A DNA stretch of 64,000 nt from Chrysomallon squamiferum. Taxonomy: Eukaryota; Animalia; Mollusca. Location: contig CM022666.1 of NCBI GenBank assembly GCA_012295275.1, positions 16,430,001 to 16,494,000 of the forward strand. Reading direction: 5' to 3'. The notes below the pieces were generated by a model, which worked only from the letters and a program-made list of their open reading frames with translations, did no database searches and was not told the DNA's origin. Position 1 is the stretch's first letter. Each line of letters opens with the position of its first letter. The position numbers and the translations under genes were made by a program. This document shows, piece by piece, positions 16,620-44,276 of this stretch.

Positions 16620-16833
16620 CTGAAACAGATAACAGATGTTTTGAAGGCGGCAGTAGAAGCTGCCATTTTGTTTTCTGATCTAACAAATTAGTATGGTTAT
16701 CAAATAGTAATAAGAAAACAAACAAAAGATTTTACCATACCTTTACACACATTCACAAAGTAGACACTGCTGAATGAAAAAAAAAAAATATATATATATA
16801 TATTTATCTATCTATCTAACTGTCAATGTCAAA

Positions 16834-16938
16834 TTCCAGGAAAAAGACAACTGATATAATACTAAGAAATCATAAACCGAAACTAGAGATTCCCGGAAGA
16901 ATTATAAATAGAAACGTATGACGTCAGAGGGAAATCCT
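16834..16938. promoter_or_regulatory. Putative immune-inducible promoter of ZNFX1-B
   Basis: GAS TTCCAGGAA 16834-16842, ISRE-like AAACCGAAACT 16874-16884, GAS TTCCCGGAA 16890-16898, CRE TGACGTCA 16919-16926, kB-like GGGAAATCCT 16929-16938; just upstream of a candidate UTR donor AAG|GTATGG near 16740. Confidence 0.6.
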
Positions 16939-17133
16939 TTTGTATTACGGCATGCGTATGTACGTACAACAGGTCAGTTCGTCCCGTTGCGCAGTTACTT
17001 TGTTGCGACGTAAATAAAAAGGTATCGTTCAAGAATGTTTTTCTTTTCTTATTATTATTATTATTTTTTTTATCTAGTTCATGTTACATTATTATTATTA
17101 ATTTGTCTTGTTACCGTTTACTTGTTCATTAAA

Positions 17134-17182
<49 letters not shown>

Positions 17183-18462
17183 ATAAGTAAACAAATAAAT
17201 ATATAATAATAATAATAATAATAATAATGTGATAAAATTATAAAAAATAACAACAACTACAAGAAGAAGAAGAAGACGAAAATGAAGAAAACAAGTAATG
17301 TATTTATTTATTTATTGATTTTGTCTATTTATTTTTGAAAACAAATTTTAAATGGTTTGACATGTGTGTATTTTAAATATACATATTCTCCATCTCTTAA
17401 TGTGTGCTGAGTGAATATATGTACTGAATGTCAGTGACAACAGCAGCACCAGCAATAGTAATAGTTGTAATAGTAATAATAGTTGTAGTAGTACTTTTAT
17501 TAGTACTGTAGTAATAGTAGCAACAGTAGTATTAGTAATATAGTAGTAGTAGCTTATTAATAGCATAACAGCAGTAGTAGTAGTAATAATAGTAGTAGTA
17601 GTATTTTTGTTAGTATTGTAGGATTAGTAGTAGGGTAGCAGTCATTGTGGTGTAGTAGTAGTAATGCAATAGTAGTAGTTTTATTAATAGTATTACTAGT
17701 AATAATAGTAGTAGTGTAGTAGAAGTAGTTTTGTTAATAGTGTAGTAGTAGTAGTGTAGTAGAAGTAGTTTTATTAATAGTGTAGTAGTAGTAGTAATAG
17801 TAGCAGCAGCACTAGTAATAGAAGAAGTATTAGCAGGAGTATATGAAAAAAAACTGCTTTTCCCAAATTCACCCCTTCCCCCCCCCCCCATTCTGCCAAA
17901 TTTTATGAATGCTGACAGCTCTATACCTATACCTGGATGACATCTGTGAAAATTATTAATATTTTAATATTTGAAAGTGTTTTATCTGCGAGTACTTTGT
18001 AAGTCTCTTAGTCCAGATATTGTTCTACTGCAGCTGATGATTATGTACACTAAAAACAAAAACAAAAACAAAAAAAAAAGGTTTAAGTTTCAAGTAAAGA
18101 AACAAAATTAAAACATTCTCTTGGAATAAGTAATAAAAAAATAACAACAACTTAAATAATAATAATAATAAAGAAAGAAAGAAGAAAAAAGGAATAATAA
18201 AACAAATCAAAAAGAAAGGAAAGTCAAAAAAGGAAAAAAAGAAAAGCTAAAGAATGAACAAAAAAGGCAAGAAAGAAAAGAAAAGAAAACAAAGAAAGAA
18301 CGAAAGAAAGAAAGAAAGAGAAATAAGGAGTTGAAAAAAAACAACAGTACACAGACATAAAACAAATGAGGTTCAGAATTTATTACTAGGGAATTTGGGA
18401 AACTTCTGTTGGGGGGACTGAATCATAACCTGCACCCCCCTCCACTGTTGTCATGTGACTGG

Positions 18463-23956
<5,494 letters not shown>

Positions 23957-24346
23957 TGCAGCTAATCGTTCGCGCTTTGATCAACATATATCTAAATAAA
24001 TATTTGCGCTTTACGTTTTCCTTTTTAACAAAGAAATATCTTTTAATTCTAAACATGCGTGTTACTCAGTATTCACATCGCTTTTCCTTAATCTCCGCGT
24101 TAGAACCTTGACCTAGTTTGATCGGATAATGGCCGACGACATTTTTTTTTATTTTTTTATTTTTTTTTTTATTATTTCTTGTGAGAAGTCTGTTAAATAC
24201 CGTCATATATTAAATGGAGCCTGTTGAGAAATTTAATGCATGATGCTGCATAATCCAAAAATGTCAAACAATGCTGAGGAAGTCATGTCGCTTGACAAAT
24301 AAAGATAAGCTGAGGTTGTGTATGTGCGTACTGCGGTTATTAATGG

Positions 24347-24436
<90 letters not shown>

Positions 24437-24714
24437 GTTATGTGCTTGTGTTTGTTTTACGCTGTGATGTGTCTGTTACACGGATTTCAAAGCAGGCCTC
24501 CCCGACTCTGGCCATTTGAATCCAAATAATCCGCTGATGTAGTCAGCCCTCTTTACAACGAGTTTTCTGAGATTATGAATTACAACGTGCACCAAATCTC
24601 AGTACTAGTCCACTTCTCTTACAGATTAATAAAAATCCATGCTAAGGTAAAGACCATTTATTTTAATCTGTCGATAAGTTCTTATATATTAACAAAAGAA
24701 TGAAAGAAAAAAAA

Positions 24715-24753
<39 letters not shown>

Positions 24754-25394
24754 TTCTATTCAAAATAATATAAAATAAATATACATATAAATAAATAAAT
24801 AAATATTTAAAATAAAATAAGATTAAATCAGTATAGTTTTCATAACAGTCTAATTTCGTTAGATATAATTCATTCAGCCGTATCATGTTTGTGCGTGTAT
24901 CTAACATAATTTAGATACCATTGTCCTCAACTGGTAACCTTTCATCCATTAAATGTGTCACGTGATCCTGGGGGGTTTCTCCGTTTCCTGGAAACCGATG
25001 ATGACACGTAACAGACAGGTGGAAATGACTCGCGGTGTTACGTAGGAAGTGAGTACAATGTCACACTTACAGGGCAGCGAAAAGGCGAGAGGTGGGGGAA
25101 TGAATGAATCAATCAACATTCAAATAAAATGTGGAATGCGGAAGATAGAAAGAAAGAAAAGCACGTGACACTGAGGTCGTTGTGGTTGAATGTCGTGGGT
25201 GGTTGTAAACAGACTTAAATAAATAACAAAATAAAAACGTAGAAACGAAACAATTGTTTTAATAGTTCATACTGTTAAAAAATCTGTGATTGTTCGAAAA
25301 TGCGGATATTTTAAGTACATAAATAGATGCCTGGAAGGTATACAAACTTCATAAATAAACACAAACATACATACATATATACACACATAAAAAC

Positions 25395-25458
<64 letters not shown>

Positions 25459-26139
25459 GCATCTAATCAGACGTACCTAAGTCTGAGAATATTCATACCT
25501 AAATACATACACTCATGTATTGTTTAGATACAGATATCAGTAGATATTTAGTATTAAAAACAAAAACAAATATCTAATTGTCGTAATACATACAATGTTA
25601 CATACATAAATACATAAATTCACAGAGGCAGTATTCATTCATTTATTCATTCATTCATTCATGCATATGTACATCTGTCAATGCATTCCCGATTATTGTC
25701 TGTACATAAACCGTACATAAACCGAAAATATTAATCCCTAAACACACACACAACACATACACACACATACACATACATACACATATACACACATATACAT
25801 ACATACATAGAAACACACACACTCATACACACACACTCACACAAACATACACACAACACACACACATACACACACAACAGACACACAAAATACACCCACT
25901 CAGACACAAACACATACAGATACATACACACAAATACATACATACATACATACAAACACACACGCATACACACAACACACACACATACAAGCATACACAC
26001 ATACATACATACAGCCATCCATACATTCACACACACACACAGAAATAACACAGAGAATATTCAAAATCCTAAACTAAATACATACATACATACACACATA
26101 TATACAAACACACACATGCACGCACGCACACACAAACGC

Positions 26140-26178
<39 letters not shown>

Positions 26179-26250
26179 CGGACGGACAAACAGCACTCGG
26201 TATTACCATTTAGATTTAAAACAAAAACAAATTTCGATATAATCACAACG

Positions 26251-28383
26251 TTACCCTGATATCAGGGGTGGCGATAGAGCACGACGCATTTCCTCCCAAA
26301 ACAAATGTCTGGCGTCGCTGTCGTCGTTACCAGGCCAAACGTAGTACTTGCTCGTCTTCAGCACGGCGTACATCGACTTGGTGAGGTAGCACGTGCTCAT
26401 TTCTCCCAGCAGCACTGCACGCATCGGACTGCGACTTCTGTCTATCACGTGAGCTTGACAGAGCGACATCTCAAACTGGCACCACTCGTCCCGGGCAAAG
26501 TCGTTAGAAAGTACGAGAATCACGTGACGACTTCTGATCAGACTGTCGACGACGTTGTCGACAATGAGAGCGCCTGGCATGAAGTCACGTTCGTGAATAC
26601 ACAAGGTGAAGCGGAGTCTGATTTCCAGGTTTGGAATAAGCTCGTCTTTTACCCAGTTTCTGTCCTTCTCGCAGTAAATAACGAATGCGTCGAAGCTGTA
26701 GTTGCCGTCCAACTCTGTTGTCTCTTTGTACCGTAACATGTAGATAAAATGTTTTAAACTCCAGCGCCACCTGTAGGCCATTGATGACACTATTAACAAA
26801 CAGACAAGAAAGAGGGAGAATGAAGCGATGGCTAGACTGGTTTCGCGGGATAACAGACACGAATTGGGTGAAATGCTCTCGTCTGATAATAATTCTTTTA
26901 CTTTCGATCCATCAGAAGTAGTGCACGTATATTTGTAACTTTCATGGAATATTGTGGGCGAGTTTCTCATCCACTGAACAAACCAGAGCATCTTGCAGTC
27001 ACACACAAACGGGTTTACTGAGAGGTCCAGTACCTGCAAGCTGCGGCGAACCTCCGGTGGGAAATCATCAGCGTCGAGTGAGGAAAACGAGTTTGTTGCC
27101 AGGTAGACTTCTCTAAGTTTGGGCAGCTTGGAGAAGAAGTCGTGAGGTAATTTGGAAACGTAGTTGGTGAAGAGTTCGAGAATTTCTAAGTTTGTCAGAC
27201 TGAGCACGGCGTCTGGCACTTCAGACATGTACGTACTTCCAAGAGAAAGAAAGCGCAGCGAGGTCAGGTGTCCTAGCAGTCTGCGCATGAACGCGTCACG
27301 TCCTGGCAGCTTAACCAGCATGTTGTACGATAGGTCGAGACTGAGAAGTGAACTGCATCCTGCAAAACTGTCCTCGTGAAGCACGTGCTGCAGTTCCATT
27401 CTGTTGTCTCGCAGAATGATCGACTTGAGCTGGCTGTTGTTGAAGGCGTATGTCTCTACATGAATGAGCATCATCATGTTGCGCAAGCGGACCAGCCCCA
27501 GATTAGGCAGATGAGCAAAAGTGTTTGTTGGAATGGTTGTGAAGTAGTTTCTGCTCAGATCAAAGTAGACTAACTGTTTCAAACACGAGAAAAACTTGGA
27601 GTGAATTGCATGTATTTGATTGTGGTCGAGGTGAAGTCCATGCAGGTTGGGGAAGATGGCGGCGTTTTTGCGACAAACGTGCGGAAAGTGATGAATTCTG
27701 TTGTAACCGAGCTTCAGCACAACGAGTGAAGAAGAATACGACAACGTCGTGACGTTGATGTCGTTGCCAGAGAGGTCGAGATACACCAGACCGGACACGT
27801 TGGCAAACTTTGAGTGGTTGTACACGGTGAGGTAGTTCTTATTCACGGTGATTCGACGTATCCGTAGACCATTGAGAGTGTCAAAAAAGACGCCGTGACG
27901 GTCGCTGATGTTCAGATGTCTGAGATCCAAGAACGCCAACGACACATTCCTCAGACCCAGCAGAGCTGTGGATATCTTTCTTTCTTCAACGACGTTGTGG
28001 CCGATAACAAGACTGAGATTCGGGCAGTGGCTGAAAACTGAAAAAGTATCTTGATCAATGTCCCAGATTGTGGAGTTCTTAATTTCCATATGTATCAAAT
28101 TCAGCGTCTTCGTGTTAGAAAAAGTATTTTTTGTCAGATTGCTAATATTGAAACTTTTCAGAATCAAGTTTCGCACGTAAGACGGAAGTAGAGGGACGCC
28201 ATCTTGTAAAGTTTTATTTCCGTATCCATCGCAGATCGCAGACTTGTTAACCTCACTGCAGATACACAACTCTGGACACGGTGAATATATCACAGACGTC
28301 GTTGCCGTCTGAAACGTCATACACGTGGTTGTCAAATAAAGCACTGCCGTCCACACAAAGAATGTTGTGCTTTTATCCAACAT
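26251..28383 (-). CDS. Toll-like receptor, single-cysteine-cluster type, 710 aa, intronless CDS
   Basis: Signal peptide; LRRNT CPELCIC; multiple LxxLxLxxN repeats; [17 protein letters not shown]; TM helix [20 protein letters not shown]; TIR with [24 protein letters not shown] and FW box 3. Confidence 0.96.
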   Translation of the reverse strand: MLDKSTTFFVWTAVLYLTTTCMTFQTATTSVIYSPCPELCICSEVNKSAICDGYGNKTLQDGVPLLPSYVRNLILKSFNISNLTKNTFSNTKTLNLIHMEIKNSTIWDIDQDTFSVFSHCPNLSLVIGHNVVEERKISTALLGLRNVSLAFLDLRHLNISDRHGVFFDTLNGLRIRRITVNKNYLTVYNHSKFANVSGLVYLDLSGNDINVTTLSYSSSLVVLKLGYNRIHHFPHVCRKNAAIFPNLHGLHLDHNQIHAIHSKFFSCLKQLVYFDLSRNYFTTIPTNTFAHLPNLGLVRLRNMMMLIHVETYAFNNSQLKSIILRDNRMELQHVLHEDSFAGCSSLLSLDLSYNMLVKLPGRDAFMRRLLGHLTSLRFLSLGSTYMSEVPDAVLSLTNLEILELFTNYVSKLPHDFFSKLPKLREVYLATNSFSSLDADDFPPEVRRSLQVLDLSVNPFVCDCKMLWFVQWMRNSPTIFHESYKYTCTTSDGSKVKELLSDESISPNSCLLSRETSLAIASFSLFLVCLLIVSSMAYRWRWSLKHFIYMLRYKETTELDGNYSFDAFVIYCEKDRNWVKDELIPNLEIRLRFTLCIHERDFMPGALIVDNVVDSLIRSRHVILVLSNDFARDEWCQFEMSLCQAHVIDRSRSPMRAVLLGEMSTCYLTKSMYAVLKTSKYYVWPGNDDSDARHLFWEEMRRALSPPLISG

Positions 28384-28878
28384 GAGTGTTTGTTTCTATG
28401 TGCAGTATCAGAGAGTGAGCCAAACGTACTTTCAGTTGCTTGTGTTACACAACATTACGTGTAATGTGTTTCTGCATGACTTAACAGCACATGAGTCTGT
28501 GACGCGTCATGACGAGCGGTTTTCTCTTACGACCTCGTTACTTTAAAAGTGAAACTATCAAACAGCTCTAAATACACACTCACCACACAGTCGTCTCCAC
28601 TGCGTTTAACTTTCAGCATTGATACTGGTCTGATTTGCCAGTAGTTTCTGGGGGTTTTCATGTTAGATAACACCAACGCTAGCGAGTGATAGCAGGCTAT
28701 GAATCACTCCGAGTAAAAAAAAAAACACCGGTTTGTCCCGTATGCAAGACATCCGACATACCTGGTTTATTAATGAGTCATCCCGGCGGAAAACTAGCAT
28801 GACGCGAAAATCCCATAGTAATAATGTGAATTATTATTAGAAATACATGAGCTATTGAAAGATATTATTATCATTATG

Positions 28879-28919
<41 letters not shown>

Positions 28920-29157
28920 CATCATTATCATCATCATCATTATTATTATTATTAAAAAACAGGATATTTTAATAATTTAATTTAATTATTATCGTTATAA
29001 GGAATAATAACAGCAGCAGCAATAACAATAATAATAATAACAAAAATAAAATCAAAACAACAATGATAACAGCAAAAAAAAAAAAAAAAAAAACAGATTA
29101 TAATATAAAAGAAAAGTAAAATTATAAAAATAACATCGATAATAATAATAACAACAA

Positions 29158-29189
<32 letters not shown>

Positions 29190-30675
29190 ACTACAGCCAT
29201 AGTGACGTATATAACTGCCGTAAATAAGCAACAGCAAACAACCATATCGTTACAACATCGACAGTTTAACAAGAAAGAAAACAAAGTCTGAGAAACTTTC
29301 AACAATACAATCATGATTCAAGCTTACCAACATACAGCTTCCTTCCTGCCAAACTGTTCTGTCACTGGGATTTCGAAACAGAAATTATTTATTTATTTGT
29401 TTTGTTTATTTTTGATTTATTGTAAATTTGTTATATTTGTATGTGTGTCTATTGTTTTATGTGTTTGGCTAACATAATAGAAAATAATATGTGATACAGA
29501 ATGATAATAATCTACAATAGATAATAATAATGCGCAATACATAATGAAAATGTGTAATACATAATATATAATGATGAATAATAACATATGATTTTAAACA
29601 ATAACAACAACAACAAACATATAAAAACAAAAAGGAGCTATCAGTAACAATAACAAACAAAGAAACAAAAGATCAAACAAATAATAATAATTAAAAAAAA
29701 AAACACTTTGAAACATTCTAAAAATATATATGATGAAAAGCACGGATGTTATCTATTACCAGACCAAACAAAGACGTAACCGATATGGAAAATCACTGTT
29801 GCGGAACGTATGAATGTAGATGAACGTATTTTTTTTTTTAATTATTATTTGTTTGATCTTTTTATCTTTTGTTTTTATTGTTACTGATAGCTCCTTTTTT
29901 TTTTTTGTTGTTGTTTTATTGTTTTTTATTCATTATATATTATGTATTACACATTTTTGACTTTCATTTTTTACAAACAAAGATTTATTTTATTTTTTAT
30001 TTATTTAATTTTTTGTTTATTTATTTATATATATATATTTCATATTTACACATACTATCATTCCACGACTCAGAAATAATTAATAATAATACACCCAGCA
30101 AAGATATCAGAGGAAAATCTCGCAACGTCACAGCGTGGTTTATTTTTATCTTTTATTTAAGTCACAAACGTGGTCTATTTATACACACAATGCGACAGAT
30201 TAAATGATTTCTGCTCCAGGATGAATTTTACGTATGGCATAAACAATATTTTGTCAAACTATGTAGAAAAGGTCACTCTGTACTCTGACTGTTTCAAACT
30301 GTCTCTATGGATATGCAAACATTCATACATATATAGACATATATACATGCATAGATATATAGACATAAAAAAGGCAGTACAAATTGTTCTTGGATATAAG
30401 AAAGTAATTAGTATGGAAGTAATTTGATTTTTCATACCTATATATATATATGTGTGCGTGTGTGTGTGTGTGCGTGTGTGTGCGTGCGTGCGTAAGTGAC
30501 GCTAACCTGTGCTGTTGTTTAGATTTAAAAAGTCTCACCATAATTTTAATTTCTTCATAAAATGCTTTGTTAGTAAAAGTTTTATTCATTCGTTTGTCTG
30601 TCTGCTTGTTTGTGTGGCTGGTTTGCCACTGATTTAATTGTTATGGAAGCAATTTTATATTTCATATATATATGT

Positions 30676-30729
<54 letters not shown>

Positions 30730-30748
30730 ACATACACGCACACACATC

Positions 30749-30808
<60 letters not shown>

Positions 30809-30996
30809 TTGTATAAATGCACACGCACATACATGCACACACGCGCGCGCCTACTGGATTAAGTCGACTTTTAAACAAGCCTTATGTATCAATTTTATCA
30901 TTTCTGTCCAATCTACACAGCTTGTCCAGACACTGTGACCAGTTCACACCATTGTTGCATGACGTCACAGCACTACTGGCATGCCTACAGGTCAGT

Positions 30997-31248
30997 ATGT
31001 TTTCACTTTTGACATTTGCTCTTTTTGCTGTGACGTCATCGCAAATTGCTGAAAAGAGAAGTAACTATGGGACAACGCCTCATATAAAATACATTTTCAT
31101 TGGCCGCTGTTGGGATTATGTTGAGATTCAATACAAGTCTATTGCTCCTGCGTAAGTTTAATGTTTATATTTATTTATTTTATTATTATTTTTTTTTTAT
31201 TCTTTTTTTTTTTTTTTTTTTTTTTTTTTTATTTATTTTTTTTTATTA

Positions 31249-31289
<41 letters not shown>

Positions 31290-31815
31290 TGTTGTTGTTG
31301 TTGTTTAATTATATTTATTTAATTAATTAATTATTTATTTCCTTATTATTTTCTTATTTTATTTCACTATTTTGAATCATTCCAAAAACAAAACACAGAT
31401 TTTACAAAATTTAGCTTTTGAATACAACAACAATAACAACGACAACGATAACAGAATTGTTACCAGTGCAGTAGTAATAATAGTGATACTGATAACAGTA
31501 GCAATAGTAGTAGTAATAATATTACTTCTCCTTGGGACCTAAGGCATTCCGGATTTCTGGATTTTCCGGTTTTCTGGTACCAAGGCATTTAAATACGTAA
31601 ATATTTAGGCATAAACATTTATAAATAAAAAACAATACACAACAGTGACCACTCGACACATAAACAATGCGGCGAGTGAATGAACGACACGCGGCTTGAA
31701 AGAGTAGTTCCGGTGTGATGAGGACAACACCCGCGGTTTTCTGGTCTTTCCAGATTTCAGGACGCCGGATAATTGGTCCGGTACCTGTAATAATAATAAC
31801 AACAACAATAATAAT

Positions 31816-31883
<68 letters not shown>

Positions 31884-32144
31884 CCATAATAATAATAATA
31901 ATGATGACGATGATGATAATGATAATAGTAATATCAACAACAACAATAATAATAGTAATAATAATAATAAAGATGATGATGATGACAATAATAATAATAG
32001 TAATATTTTTACAGTAATGTTAACTGTGACAGACTCCGGTATCTCGTCTTTCAATAGTCTGCGTATCGAGACCCATGTCACCTTGACCTGACCAGTTATC
32101 ACAAGTTCATAACCGAAGCACGACAGGATGTACCTGAGAACAAA
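30997..32144 (+). pseudogene. ADP-ribosyl cyclase (CD38/CD157-like) exons 1-2 (30997-31151, 32015-32144) with in-frame TAG; downstream exons not found
   Basis: Exon 1: signal peptide + GTTPHIKYIFIGRCWDY (compare Aplysia cyclase VFLGRCKDY), donor GC|GTAAG. Phase-matched exon 2 NVNCDRLRYLVFQ*SAYRDPCHLDLTSYHKFITEARQDVPENK resembles CD38 [20 protein letters not shown]...TVPCNK. Stop at 32055-32057. Confidence 0.72.
31534..31788 (-). mobile_element. Possible pogo/Tigger-like DNA transposon fragment
   Basis: GC-richer island in an AT-rich intron; minus strand starts TA-CAGGTACCGGACCAATTATCCGG with TCCGGA-like subterminal motifs; no clean second TIR or TSD seen. Confidence 0.3.
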
Positions 32145-32502
32145 GTCAGTTTATAATCATTATTATTATCATCATTATTATTATTATTTTTTTTTTTTTT
32201 TTTTTTTTACTTTACAATGGTTTACTATTAGCCGTAATAGACGTGGTTGAAGTGATTGTAGTTGTTGTAGCTGTGTTGTTGTGTAGGTGTTATAGCCAAG
32301 GGATTTCGAAGTCTTTAATTTCAGTTTACATGAAGCCTAATTTGAACAGCTCTCACATTCGGGTAGCAACACTGTAGTTTTAGTAATGTCTGTGTTCTGT
32401 GTTCTGTGTTGTAAACATGTCAGAGTGAGCTACATAATGAGAGACAGAATGAAGGAGAGAGAAAGAGAGAAGGTAGATAGATAGATTGAAACACACAAAC
32501 AC

Positions 32503-32578
<76 letters not shown>

Positions 32579-33184
32579 ATTGCCGTCCATAATAATTAAT
32601 TTCATACAATGTAGACGACCTGATATATATATATATATATATAGCTTTTATTTCATAATAATTTCAACAATACCAATGAATGGGATCCAGCTGGTGCCAT
32701 TTATAATGAGTATTTAATATTTAAAAATACGTGGCATTAACAGGCTTCCATACTAATACTATACATAACAATATTTGACATCTGATATTCTCTGTACCAG
32801 TATAATACACAACAATAAGGACATCTCACTTTCTGATTAATATAAACTGAAGGCGAAAAGACTTTATAATTGAAATTTCAGATAAAAGTGGGTTTTTTTT
32901 TTTTTTTTAAATCATTCATTTTAACATATATTTGAAGAACAGGATCAGCCCACATTTTTGGAAAGAACACTTGAAAATGTGGTCGTACAGTAAGACTACA
33001 GTAACGGTTTAGACTCTGTGTCAGACAAGCACAGTGTTAACATTCATCGTCAGAGGAATATAACGACTGACACCTGAACAAGCGAGTGACTTTCTCTGAT
33101 GTTACAAATGTTACATACCCACATCCCAAGAACCTTCGATCATTTCTGAGATTTTGCATGCAATGTAGAGGCGGACAGGGCAGA

Positions 33185-33505
33185 AATCAGGCAGGGTAGA
33201 TATAAGACAGTGCAGAAATCAGAAAGGGTTGATATAAGACAGTGCAGATATCAGAAAGGGTAGAAATCAGAAAGGGTAGATATCAGAAAGGGTAGAAATC
33301 AGAAGGGGTAGACATCAGAAAGGGTAGATATAAGACAGGATAGATATAAGACAGGATAGACATAAGACAGGATATATATAAGACAGGGTAGATATAAGAC
33401 AGGGTAGATATAAGACAGGATAGATATAAGACAGGATAGATATAAGACAGGATAGATGTAAGACAGGATAGATATAAGACAGGATAGATGTAAGACAGGA
33501 TAGGC
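33185..33505. repeat. 16-bp minisatellite (TAAGACAGGATAGATA)n
   Basis: Visible tandem units with variants. Confidence 0.9.
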
Positions 33506-35193
33506 AGACACAAGACGACTGAGAGGAACCGCGGTGACGAGCTCAGTTTGCTTTGCGTTGTTGACTCGTGAGTCGGTTGAGACGCCGTTAACGTGATTTG
33601 TCACTGAATGGTTACGTCTCAGTTCCACCGTTTCGTCCAGGACCTTGATAACTCGACTGATTACACCATATCACTTTAGGCAACTCTTACATCATTATCG
33701 GATGATATATGACTGTCACTATTTAAGTTCTTTACCCTCACTGTATTAGCTTTTTAAGCAGATTATACTTAATGCTTCGATCATTTAGTGCTTTTCAACC
33801 AGAGTCATTCTAAAACAGTGACTTTTAGCCCTCAGTTTAAATCAGTTTACTTGATATTTTTTCACTAGTTCACCGGTAAAATTCATCCTGTATAGGTATT
33901 TTGTTCTTCAATATTTCAAATAAACAAAAACAAAACAACAAGACTGGGACACATCACATATATTTAGGTATTTTTGTACGAACGAAAAAGATATGGAAAG
34001 ACAAATATAAATAACTAAAAATAAAAATAAATAAATAAATAAATAAATAAAAGTCCCTTTCAGATATTCAGAGTGTGTTCTGCCAAAGATGAAACTTAAT
34101 CGAAACTTTCAAAGTAGAAATTAAAAAATAAAAATTCGTTCCCTCTAGAACCATAACGACAATTATTTTGTTCTTCACACACGTGCAGGAGCAGCCTGAG
34201 AAACAGTCTTGATTCTGATCGACTGTTTCAGAGGTTTGTAGAGTGCACAAGTGTTTGTTTCTGAGTTTTGTTAAGTTGGAATGGATGTTAAATAATCAGT
34301 CCACTTTCACTATCTTCTGACATCATCCTCATGTATTTGTCAGTAGAAATCCCAGGCGTGTTTTCTATCTGTAAACAAACAAAATAAATAAATAAATAAA
34401 CAAACAAAAATAAATAAATAAATAAACAATATATATATAAACAAACAAACAAAACAAATAAATAAACAAATAAATAAAAATAAATAAACAAACAAACAAA
34501 CAAACAAACAAAAAATAAATAAATAAACAAACAAAATAAATAAATAAACAAAGAACAAATAAATAAATAAATAAATAAATCAGAAAGAAAGAACAATAAC
34601 CCCTATCCACTTTAAAACAATCTGGATATCAAACTGTAACTCTAATTTTGTACTTAACTCTTCCTTACTGTAGTTTATTATTAAAGATTTCTCTAAATAC
34701 GTTTCATTATTCTAACTGGATGAAGCTTTCAAGGTATTCATAATGCAATTCTGACGAGAAGACTATTTAAAACAGAAGGAAAACCCCAGTTAATTCTACT
34801 TCTGCCATGATTTGTAACTAGGAGGTAAACAATACAATTAAAATGAACGACAAATGTGGAAAACATTTTCTTTTTAACTATGTACACGTGTGTTCTAACC
34901 ACCAGTCTACCCGCACTTTATACACTCAGATAACACTGCTTCTCAACTCTTGTTAAGAACGCAACATTTCTGTTAATCTTAACAATTTTTCTTTATGTTG
35001 AATAAAAAATCTATATAAAAAAAATTCCATAAACACGGTTATCAATCTGTTAAAAACAAAAACCAAAAAAACCAAAACCACAACAAAAACCCACCAAAAA
35101 CCCAATAATATAAAATTAAAATAATAATTATTCACGGTTGTCTCCCTTAACAACTCACCGTCGTTTTCGACTGGCACAGAGGAGCTGGTAAAA

Positions 35194-43294
<8,101 letters not shown>

Positions 43295-44223
43295 GACTTT
43301 AAACACAGAAAAAAAAAAAAGAAAAAAAAAAAACAATTTTAGTTTATTTAGTTCTATTATTTAGACCATTGTGAAGAAAGTAAGCAACGAAGAGAAAGGT
43401 TCAAAGATAAAATATTTACAAAATAATCACTCACCACCCTTCAGCGCGTGCGGTTAACGTAGGCCATCTGAACAAACTGTGAGTGAAAGGTCTAGGCTGG
43501 CTCGGAGAAATCGCTGTCGCTAAGGCCTGTTGTAACTACCCTGTTGTCAGGAAACTAAAATATATTACGTCACTCTCTTTTCTTGGGCGTGGCTGCATCC
43601 TATCAGTTACCATAGCAACGGTCGATACAGATATATATATATATCTGACTGACGTCATTCATACGTTTAGTTCCGATTTTTGTTTACCTCATCAAAAAGT
43701 TCAGAGTTTAACTTTTTCATGAGCACAACTGCTACTGCAACGACTGCTGCTTCAACTAGTCCTATTACTACTGTTATTATTACTGTTACTACTATTACTA
43801 CAATTACAACTACTGCTAATACCACTGCCACTACTAATGCTATTACAACTATTACAAAAACAACTATTATTACTGTTACTAATACTAGAAAAACCTTTTG
43901 TTTGGATTTTTTTTTTCTTTATATTAATTTTTTTCAATAATTTAATCCTTTAATAATAATAATAAAAAAAATAATAATAAAAAAAAAAAATAAATAAATA
44001 ATAAATGAATAAATAAATAAAACATCAAAAATATTAATAGTTGTTGTGGTAGTAGTATTAGTAATATTAGTAGTGATAGAAGTAGTTGCAGTAGTAGTAA
44101 TAGCTGTAGTAGTAGTAATAGTAGTAGTAGTGGCTGAAGCAGTGGTGATAGTAGTAATACTAGTAGTACTAACAGTGGTGACAGTGGTAACGGCAGTGGC
44201 TGTAATAGTAGTAGTAGTAGTAA

Positions 44224-44276
<53 letters not shown>

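Noticed and set aside
33520-33700. Possible further ADP-ribosyl cyclase exon
   Set aside because: No cyclase motifs (TLEDT, WCG) or convincing splice sites seen.
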